From: Candidatus Bipolaricaulota bacterium
GTDB lineage: Bacteria > Bipolaricaulota > Bipolaricaulia > UBA7950 > UBA9294
DNA: 64,000 nt
Reading direction: 5' to 3'
NCBI GenBank assembly: GCA_026390345.1
Contig: JAPLGD010000068.1
Coordinates: 24,078 to 88,077 of the forward strand
A program made the position numbers and the translations under genes. Shown in pieces: positions 57,110 through 64,000 of the stretch. The first letter of the stretch is position 1; every line of letters begins with the position of its first letter. The notes beneath the pieces are model-generated. The model was not told the origin of the DNA and made no database searches. It was given only the letters and a program-made list of their open reading frames with translations.

Positions 57110-58147
57110 ATGACAATGACCGACTGGCTCCGGCGAATGCCGAAGATTGATCTTCACGTCCACCTGGACGGCTCCCTCAGGCTCGAGACGGTCCTGAAGT
57201 TGGCCCGTGCGCTCCCGCCCGAGCAAGCGTTTCCCGACTCGGTCAACCTGAAGAGTGCCGTCATCCCTGGGGCTCGCGGCTCGCTCGAGGAGTACCTCGT
57301 GGCGTTCGACTACACCGTCCCCCTGCTCCAGACATCCGCCGCCCTCGAGCGATCGGCGTACGAGCTGTGCGAGGATGCCGCGAGCGAGAACGTCATCTAC
57401 ATCGAGATCCGCTTCGCGCCGCTCCTCCACACCCGCGCGGATCTGAAGCCGCGAGACGTCGTTGCCGCCGTGCTCGCTGGAATGCATCGCGCCGAGGCCG
57501 ACTTCGGGATCGTCGCCGGGCTAATCCTCACGGCCCTGAAGCAGAACTCGACCGAGCAGTCGATCGAAACCGTCCAGCTGGCCGCGCAGTTCCGCCGCGA
57601 CGGCGTCGTCGGCGTCGACCTCGCTGGGCCGGAGCACCAGAACCCGCCGGTCAAGCACCGCAAGGCGATCGAGTTCGCACACGACGCGGGCATCCACGTC
57701 ACCATCCACGCCGGCGAAGGGTGCTGCCCGGAGCAGATCAAGGAAGCCCTCGACCTGGGAGCGGAGCGGATCGGCCACGGGGTCTACCTTTTCCAGGCGC
57801 CGCGAACCGAGAAGCGGGTCGCCGAGCTGGGCATCCCGCTCGAGATGTGCCCCACGAGCAACCTCCAGGTCGCCGGGTTCATGAAGAACTACCGCGACCA
57901 TCCGATTAAGCGCTACCTCGACGCCGGCATCGTCGCGACGGTCAACACCGACAACCGGCTGATGTCGCAGACCGATATGACGAGCGAGTTCGAGCATCTC
58001 GTGAAGGCGTTCCGCCTCACGAGGAAGAACGTCCAGCGACTGGTCTCAAACAGCGTCCGGGCCGCGTTCGCGTCCGACGACCGAAAACGCGAGCTGCAGG
58101 AGCGCGTCGACGCATTCTTCGCCCCCGCGAGGAAGCAGAAGCCCTGA
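57110..58147 (+). CDS. add: Adenosine deaminase
   Basis: KIDLHVHLDGS, HAGE and NTDN motifs. Confidence 0.9.
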   Translation: MTMTDWLRRMPKIDLHVHLDGSLRLETVLKLARALPPEQAFPDSVNLKSAVIPGARGSLEEYLVAFDYTVPLLQTSAALERSAYELCEDAASENVIYIEIRFAPLLHTRADLKPRDVVAAVLAGMHRAEADFGIVAGLILTALKQNSTEQSIETVQLAAQFRRDGVVGVDLAGPEHQNPPVKHRKAIEFAHDAGIHVTIHAGEGCCPEQIKEALDLGAERIGHGVYLFQAPRTEKRVAELGIPLEMCPTSNLQVAGFMKNYRDHPIKRYLDAGIVATVNTDNRLMSQTDMTSEFEHLVKAFRLTRKNVQRLVSNSVRAAFASDDRKRELQERVDAFFAPARKQKP

Positions 58148-58163
58148 GAAGCGCGATCGTACG

Positions 58164-58490
58164 TCAGCCGAAGAGGCCTCCCTCTTCGATTTCCTGCCAC
58201 CCAAAGCGCCGCAAGTCGATGCGCCCGTTCGCGTCGAAGGCGACGCCCTCTGCCTTCAAACACTCGATCTGCTCGCCGCCGATGCTCGACTCCCCCTTCG
58301 CGTTGACGACCCGATGCCACGGGACGTCGGGCCGCGGGGCTCCGCGGCCGAGGGCCGCCATCGCGTAGCCGACCTGCCGCGCCGCCTTCGGCATGCCCAC
58401 GAGCTGCGCGATCTGTCCGTACGTCGCAACCTGCCCGCGCGGGATGCGCTTCGTCACTTCGTAGATCCGCTCGTACAGCCCATCGCCCAT
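58164..58490 (-). CDS. Alkyltransferase-like (ATL) protein: an MGMT DNA-binding domain with Trp in place of the active-site Cys
   Basis: The motif PWHRVVNAKG appears in place of PCHRV. 108 aa. Confidence 0.8.
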   Translation of the reverse strand: MGDGLYERIYEVTKRIPRGQVATYGQIAQLVGMPKAARQVGYAMAALGRGAPRPDVPWHRVVNAKGESSIGGEQIECLKAEGVAFDANGRIDLRRFGWQEIEEGGLFG

Positions 58491-58584
58491 ACCCTCACTC
58501 CTTCCTTCTAGCCTGCCACGCTACGACAGCGCCAGGGCGCCGACAAGAAAAGGATCGCCGCCCGCCGTGTCCCCGCCGTCTCGC

Positions 58585-58805
58585 CTCACGGCACGCCGTC
58601 CACTTGCCGCTCCGTTCGCGCTTGCCGCCCCGCCCACGGCACGCCGTCCACTTGCCGCTCCGTTCGCGTTTGCCGCCCGGCACCCCGTCCGTTTGCCGCT
58701 CGGCCCTCCGTGCACGCTTGCCGCTCGGCCCACCGTCCACGCTTGCCGCCCCGCCCGCCGTCCACGTTTGCGGTAGCGCCCTCCGTCCGCGTTTGCGCCC
58801 TTGCC
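58585..58805. repeat. Second array of about 9 tandem copies of the same 25-bp GC-rich repeat family, including a ~49-bp higher-order duplication
   Basis: cacggcacgccgtccacttgccgctccgttcgcg is repeated at 58587 and 58635. Later units such as gcttgccgctcggccctccgtgcac are 22/25 identical to units of the 50658 array, in the same orientation. Confidence 0.85.
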
Positions 58806-58835
58806 AGACCGCGAGCGGGCCTGTACGGTGATCGC

Positions 58836-59609
58836 ATGGGCCTCCTCAAGCGCCACCGCCGCGAGCGGATCCGACGCCGTCCGTTTCCTCCCGCCTGGCA
58901 GGCGATCCTCGAGCGCACGTTCCCCCGCCACCTGCGCCTCTCCCCCGAGGATCGAAAGGAACTCGAGGGGCACATCCAGGTCTTCCTCGCCGAGAAGCGA
59001 TTTGAGGGCGCCGCAGGGCTTGCGATCACCGACGAAATCCGCGTGACCATCGCCGCGCAGGCCTGCTTCCTTCTCCTGCACCGAGACACGGACTTCTACC
59101 CGGGTCTCTACTCGATCATCGTCTACCCCGAGGAGTACGTGGCCAGCTACCATCTCCGGGACGAGAGAGGATTCGTCGAGGAAGGACCGCAAGTCCGGCT
59201 CGGAGAGGCGAGCGGCCGGGGCGCGGTGGTCTTGTCGTGGGACGGCGCGCTGCGCGGCGCGTCGGACGTTGAGGACTGCCACAACGTCGTCTTCCACGAG
59301 TTCGCCCACCAACTCGACGCCGAGAGCGGTAGCTTCGACGGTGCACCGCTGCTCCCCGAGCGGTCGATGTACCTCGCCTGGGCCCGCACCCTGAGCGAGG
59401 AGTGGCACGCGCTTCGAGCCCGCGCGAGCCGCCATGAGCCCACCGACCTCGACCCGTACGGGGCCACGAACCCGGCCGAGTTCTTCGCCGTCGTCACCGA
59501 GTGCTTTTTCCAGCGTCCGCACCAACTCCGGGAAACCCACCCGAAGCTCTACGAAGAGCTCGAGCGTTTCTATCGCCAGGATCCGACGTCCTCGATGCCG
59601 TCGACGTGA
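58836..59609 (+). CDS. MtfA-like zinc-dependent peptidase (M90 family)
   Basis: HEFAHQLD zinc motif. The internal ATG at 58836 follows the repeat array. Confidence 0.75.
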   Translation: MGLLKRHRRERIRRRPFPPAWQAILERTFPRHLRLSPEDRKELEGHIQVFLAEKRFEGAAGLAITDEIRVTIAAQACFLLLHRDTDFYPGLYSIIVYPEEYVASYHLRDERGFVEEGPQVRLGEASGRGAVVLSWDGALRGASDVEDCHNVVFHEFAHQLDAESGSFDGAPLLPERSMYLAWARTLSEEWHALRARASRHEPTDLDPYGATNPAEFFAVVTECFFQRPHQLRETHPKLYEELERFYRQDPTSSMPST

Positions 59610-59655
59610 TTCCGGCAGCGCCGGGAGCTTGTCGCTCGAGTCTTCATTCGCTAGA

Positions 59656-59925
59656 ATGAACAGCGTGTGGATCGACGCGGAAGTTGACGCAATGGCGCAG
59701 TTCCGAGCCGGGCTCACGTACCCGATCTTGCGAGCGATTCGCTGGGACGGGCGCCGGATCGACTTCATCTCCCGCGCCCGGGTGGAGAGGACGACGCGCT
59801 CGCTTCTCTACCGCTTCGACGAGGGCACCACACGCTACGCGATTCGGTTCGAGCCCGATTGCCAGAAGTGGTTCCTCGAGGCGATCGACGACTCCGGCCT
59901 CGTGAACGACGTTCCCTCGTCGTAG
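59656..59925 (+). CDS. Hypothetical small protein (89 aa)
   Basis: Internal ATG of a longer tracked ORF with ordinary composition. No family recognised. Confidence 0.4.
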   Translation: MNSVWIDAEVDAMAQFRAGLTYPILRAIRWDGRRIDFISRARVERTTRSLLYRFDEGTTRYAIRFEPDCQKWFLEAIDDSGLVNDVPSS

Positions 59926-60199
59926 GCCGGCTCCGGCCTCGTGGAGGAACTCCCCCCCCTGTAGATCGCGCTTGCCCCTCCAAGAACGAGGGGCCCGGGC
60001 GCATCGTGAAACCACCCGGACCCCCTCGTCTGTTGGCGGTGTGCTGTCCTTCTCGGACTCTGCGAGCCTAGACCGCATCCGTGAGCGGCGTGTGAACGCT
60101 CGCGGTCAGGGGTGTGTCGGCCGCGCACGGGGCACCGACCAGGAAGCGTGCACGCGGAGAGGCCAGCAACTGTGCGCGAGCCCCGGAGAAGTCAGACGC

Positions 60200-61306
60200 T
60201 CAGGCGAGAAGTTCGATGAGCTTCGACCGCGGAAGCCGGTTCAAGACTTCACAACCGGTCTCCGTCGCGACGGCCGTGTCCTCGATACGCACGCCGCCGT
60301 ACCCCGGAATGTAGATGCCCGGCTCCATGGTGACGACGGCCCCGCGCGGGACACCGGCACTCATCTGCGGGCCCATCTTCGGCTGCTCGTGAACTTCAAG
60401 GCCGACGCCGTGGCCGACGGGAGACAAGAAGACGTATTCCGCGTACGGCGACTGCTCGATGACCCGGCTGGCCGCGGCATGGACGTCGCGACCCGGGACG
60501 CCTGCCCGCAGCGCCGCCAGTCCGGCGTTGACCGCGCGGTCGACGTACGCGTAGATGTCTCGCTGCTTCTCCGTCGCCCGCCCGACGACGAACGTGCGAG
60601 TCATGTCGGAGACGTACCCATCGACGACGGCGCCGAAGTCGATGAGCAAGAAGTCGCCTTCGCGGAGGATCCTCCTTCCCAGCGCAGGGACGTAGTGCGG
60701 AAGCGCGCTGTTGGATCCTGAAGCGACAGTGGGTCCGAGCACGCCGTCGGCGCCGAGGGCCCGCATCCGAGCCGTGAGCTCCGACGCCAGATCTACCTCG
60801 CCCGCGCCGGGCCGCACCGCCGGGAGCAGCTCACCGAGCGCCCGTTCCGCGATGTCAATGGCGCGGCGCAACACCGCAAGCTCCTCCGCGTCCTTCTCGG
60901 TACGCAGCTCGCTCACGGGGTCTCCGTGCGTGATCCATTCGACCTGGGTTCGGCGGCGAAGCTCGGAGATCACGTGGTCCGTCGTCCGCCACGCGGAGTA
61001 CCCCATCCGCTCAATCTTCCGCCGGCTGAGGAGACGCGCGAGGTCGTCCAAGTAGTCCCCCTCGGCGTGCACGATCTCGACGTCCGGGACCTCGATCTTC
61101 GCCTGCTCAAGGTAGCGGGAGTCGGTCACGAGCGTCGTCTCCGCCTCCGTGACAACGAGAGCGCCCTCTCCCGTGTACCCCGTCAAGTAGCGCAAGCCGA
61201 CAAGGTCCATCCCCGCGGGCATGGTGCGGTCGAGGGAGAAGACGAGATAGGCGTCGACGCCGGCTCTCTCTAGGAGTCTCGCGCGCCGCCGTTCGTGGCT
61301 ATTCAT
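60200..61306 (-). CDS. M24-family Xaa-Pro aminopeptidase/dipeptidase
   Basis: HGVGLEVHE and VTMEPGIY motifs, with an N-terminal creatinase-like domain. Confidence 0.85.
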   Translation of the reverse strand: MNSHERRRARLLERAGVDAYLVFSLDRTMPAGMDLVGLRYLTGYTGEGALVVTEAETTLVTDSRYLEQAKIEVPDVEIVHAEGDYLDDLARLLSRRKIERMGYSAWRTTDHVISELRRRTQVEWITHGDPVSELRTEKDAEELAVLRRAIDIAERALGELLPAVRPGAGEVDLASELTARMRALGADGVLGPTVASGSNSALPHYVPALGRRILREGDFLLIDFGAVVDGYVSDMTRTFVVGRATEKQRDIYAYVDRAVNAGLAALRAGVPGRDVHAAASRVIEQSPYAEYVFLSPVGHGVGLEVHEQPKMGPQMSAGVPRGAVVTMEPGIYIPGYGGVRIEDTAVATETGCEVLNRLPRSKLIELLA

Positions 61307-61491
61307 GGATGTGCCTCCTGGCTTCCGGCAAGCCTGCCGCTTGCACTCGAGGTTCGGACTCGAGCCGCCGCCTGTGAGGAGACGGACGTGATCCTGCCGC
61401 GCCGCCGTGATGCGGTCGGCGCGGCAGGATCACTTCGTCTTGGCGGCGGTGCTGCTTCCTCGTCCCGCCGAGGAAGTCGTTCGTTCTTCCC

Positions 61492-62184
61492 CTACGGCGA
61501 GACGTTCGCCCCCGGAGGCGAGCCCGCGGCCGCGAGGTAATCGGAAATGCCCTGGAGGATTCCCCGCGCGACGAGCTCCTGGTAGGCGGAGGTGACGAGC
61601 TTCGCCCGCTCCTCGGGCGCCGTGATGAACCCGACGTAGACCGCCGCCGCCGGGACTGTGAGGCCCGTGAACGCTGTCCCCTGCGCGCGAACTCCGCGCT
61701 CCTTCGCCGACGTGGATTTCACCGTCGCCTTCTCCACAGCGAGGGCCAGCGACCAAGAGGAATCCCCCGAGGCGTGTCCGGCATCGACGATCGTTTCGAT
61801 CCCAACCGCCGTCGGGCTGTCGAACGCATTCGCGTGGATCGACACGTAGAGGGTCGCGCCCTCCCTCGCCGCTGCCCCGATTCGGTTCGACGCCGTGACG
61901 TCCGTGTCCGAACTTCGCGCCAGCACCACTCGCAACCCGGCGTACTCGCTCGCGAGCGCGATCATCTTGTTCGCGATCGCAAGCGTCACGTCCTTCTCGA
62001 GGACGCTGTCGCCCTTTGACCCCGCATCGCTTCCCCCGTGCGCCGCGTCCACGATCACGATCGCCGCGGCCGCCTTCTGATTCACCGACAGGTCGCCGGA
62101 GTCATGGTGCAGCGCCCTGACTGCAATGATGACGACGACCGCCACCGCCGCCAGAATGACCGCCACCAACAAGAGTCGTTTCAT
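61492..62184 (-). CDS. N-acetylmuramoyl-L-alanine amidase (Amidase_3) with an N-terminal membrane anchor
   Basis: IVIVDAAHGGSDAG and LYVSIHANAF motifs. Confidence 0.8.
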   Translation of the reverse strand: MKRLLLVAVILAAVAVVVIIAVRALHHDSGDLSVNQKAAAAIVIVDAAHGGSDAGSKGDSVLEKDVTLAIANKMIALASEYAGLRVVLARSSDTDVTASNRIGAAAREGATLYVSIHANAFDSPTAVGIETIVDAGHASGDSSWSLALAVEKATVKSTSAKERGVRAQGTAFTGLTVPAAAVYVGFITAPEERAKLVTSAYQELVARGILQGISDYLAAAGSPPGANVSP

Positions 62185-62459
62185 GCCGCGAGCCTACTCC
62201 CTCTCCCTGGCGAAAGGCTAGTCGCAAGTCCTGCCAACCTCGTCCAACGGCAAGCCCGAGGACACGAGCGCTTGGGACTGGGTCGAAGGTGACGGCTGTC
62301 TCTTGCAGGAAACCCGTGCAGCCCTTCGAGGCTCAGGAAGAATGGCCGTCGGCCACGGTAGCCACAAGTCCCCGTCCCGCACAGATACGGCCCCGCGACA
62401 CGGAGAGGACGACGTGTCGTACTGCTCTCGGCCGCGTCGACGGCTTCGCGGCCTTCATA

Positions 62460-63257
62460 TCACGTCGCGACCCTGGGATAGAGGCGCCCGGCAATGAGAA
62501 CGAAGATCCCGGTGACTCCAACGAGAACGAGCACGTCGAGCCCGAGGCCGTGGGCACTCGTCTGGCCGGGGAGCATCAGGGCGCGCAGCGCGTCGACCTC
62601 GTACGTGAGCGGGTTGCCGCGCGCGACGACCCGCAGCCACGCCGGCATGATCGCGATCGGGTAGATCGCGTTGCTCGCGAAGAAGAGCGGCATCGTCATC
62701 ACCTGGCCGATTCCCATGAACCGCTCGCGCGTCTTCACGAGGCAGGCAATGATGAGGGAGAAGGTGGAAAAGACCGCGGCTCCAAGGGTGACGACGAGCG
62801 CGACGCCAAGGAGAGCGGCAGGGCTCCAATTGATCTTGACCCCCAGCACGGCGGCGAGGGCGTACACGATCACCGCCTGGGACAGGCCGCGCACGCCGGC
62901 CGAGAGGCCCTTCCCGAGGACGATCGCCTCGCGCGGCGTCGGCGTTACGAGGAACTTGTGGACGATCCCGAGGTCGCGCTCCCAGATGATCGAGATCCCG
63001 TAGAAGATCGAGATGAACAGCACACTCTGTGCGAGGATCCCCGGGGCCATGAAGTCGAGATAGCGCAGGTCGCCGGTCGGAATGGCGCGGATCTGAGTGA
63101 ACACCTGGCCGAAGATGAGGAGCCACAGCGCAGGCTGGATGGCCCGAGTCAGGAGCTCCGTCGGATCGTGGCGCAGCTTGCGCGCCTCGAGCTCGGCGAT
63201 CACGAGCGCTTTCCGAATGAACTCGCCCGTCGCCCGAAGGGCACCCTCCCTCCGCAC
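62460..63257 (-). CDS. ABC-2-type exporter permease
   Basis: Six TM helices with ABC-2 topology. A GTG at 63257 lies 9 nt after the ATPase stop. A later GTG with a GGAAAG SD is an alternative start. Confidence 0.7.
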   Translation of the reverse strand: MRREGALRATGEFIRKALVIAELEARKLRHDPTELLTRAIQPALWLLIFGQVFTQIRAIPTGDLRYLDFMAPGILAQSVLFISIFYGISIIWERDLGIVHKFLVTPTPREAIVLGKGLSAGVRGLSQAVIVYALAAVLGVKINWSPAALLGVALVVTLGAAVFSTFSLIIACLVKTRERFMGIGQVMTMPLFFASNAIYPIAIMPAWLRVVARGNPLTYEVDALRALMLPGQTSAHGLGLDVLVLVGVTGIFVLIAGRLYPRVAT

Positions 63258-63267
63258 GGGACCTGGA

Positions 63268-64000
63268 TCAGCCGAGTCGGCGTGCGGTACGACGTGTCCG
63301 TCGTGTGTCACCGTAATTCCCTCCCGATTCGAGCACATCTCCGGTGTAGTGAGCGAAGACCTCGTCCAGGGTCGCACCATTCCCGCCGATCGACTGCTTG
63401 AGCTCTGCCGGGCTTCCGGCCGCAACGACCCGTCCCCGGTGCATGATCGCGACCCGCTCGCACAGGGCGTCCGCCTCTTCCATGTAGTGGGTGGTGAGGA
63501 AGACCGTCGTCCCGTAGTCGGCGCGGAAGGGGATGATGCGCTCCCAGACGGCCTGGCGCGCCACGGGGTCGAGGCCGACCGTCGGCTCATCAAGGAAGAG
63601 AACGCGGGGCTCGTGGACCATGGCCTCGGCGATCTCGAGCCGCCGAATCATCCCGCCGGAGTACTGACGGACGAGCTTGTCCTCCGCCTCGTCGAGTCCC
63701 ATGAACGCGAGCGCATCGCACACGCGCTTCGTGCGCTGCGCACGTGAGACACCGTACAGCTTCGCGAAGATGAGCAAGTTCTCGTAGCCGGTCAGAGTTC
63801 CATCCGCCGAGAGCATCTGCGGAACGTAACCAATCGCCCGCCGCACGGCGACCGGGTGTCGGACGATGTCTGCGCCGGCCACCGTTGCGGTGCCGCTCGT
63901 CGGCGGCAGGAGCGTCGTCAGCATCTTGATCGCCGTCGTCTTCCCGGCCCCGTTGGGGCCGAGAAGTCCGAACACGGAGCCCGACTCGACCAACAGGGTG
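63268..64000 (-). CDS. ABC transporter ATP-binding protein, N-terminus beyond the window edge
   Basis: Walker A GPNGAGKTT, signature YSGGMIRRLEIA, Walker B LFLDEPT. The frame is open to nt 64000. Confidence 0.85.
   Translation of the reverse strand, partial: TLLVESGSVFGLLGPNGAGKTTAIKMLTTLLPPTSGTATVAGADIVRHPVAVRRAIGYVPQMLSADGTLTGYENLLIFAKLYGVSRAQRTKRVCDALAFMGLDEAEDKLVRQYSGGMIRRLEIAEAMVHEPRVLFLDEPTVGLDPVARQAVWERIIPFRADYGTTVFLTTHYMEEADALCERVAIMHRGRVVAAGSPAELKQSIGGNGATLDEVFAHYTGDVLESGGNYGDTRRTRRTARRLG

Overview
This is a high-GC (about 68%) bacterial chromosomal segment that is densely coding, with no integrase, transposase or CRISPR array detected. Many adjacent genes overlap by 4 nt (ATGA or GTGA), suggesting translational coupling. 

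From start to end the window contains:
- A partial PKD/Ig-like repeat surface protein, cut by the 5' window edge.
- A tightly coupled lipoate operon on the minus strand: a stand-alone lipoyl-domain protein, lipB, lipA, a short LplA-family catalytic-domain protein and a DUF501-like gene.
- ychF and tsaC, then an EamA-family exporter next to a tryptophanase/tyrosine phenol-lyase gene.
- A HEAT-repeat protein, an SDR oxidoreductase, an Eis-like GNAT acetyltransferase and a DnaQ-like exonuclease.
- A tandem-repeat mini-ORF coupled to a two-helix membrane mini-protein.
- A PspC / small TM protein / LiaF-like envelope-stress module.
- A TlpA-like thioredoxin and an M32 carboxypeptidase.
- A large molybdenum-hydroxylase supercluster made of two divergent operons. 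One encodes FAD, 2Fe-2S and molybdopterin subunits plus an iron-sulfur-flavoprotein-like partner. The other encodes SsnA, YgfK, a ThrC-like PLP enzyme, a 2Fe-2S subunit, MocA and a YgfM-like FAD subunit.
- A sigma-70 factor, topA, a tandem P-loop kinase, a dipeptidase, ridA, kbl, an AhpD-like protein and a NUDIX hydrolase.
- The classic cluster rpoB, rplL, rplJ, rplA, rplK, nusG, secE, tRNA-Trp, rpmG, tuf, tRNA-Thr, tRNA-Tyr, tRNA-Thr, here with no rpoC after rpoB and a NusG carrying a large insertion.
- A CBS/ACT protein with a GTPase-degenerate EF-G2-like paralog, then iorAB, two metallophosphoesterases with a YkoF-like protein, a Na/Pi transporter, adenosine deaminase, an alkyltransferase-like (ATL) protein, an MtfA-like peptidase, an M24 peptidase, an amidase and an ABC-2 exporter.

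Two arrays of a GC-rich 25-bp tandem repeat sit in divergent intergenic regions.

The most unusual elements are the repeat-peptide/mini-membrane-protein module, the 25-bp repeat arrays, and the rearranged ygfK-ssnA-type hydroxylase neighbourhood with extra components.
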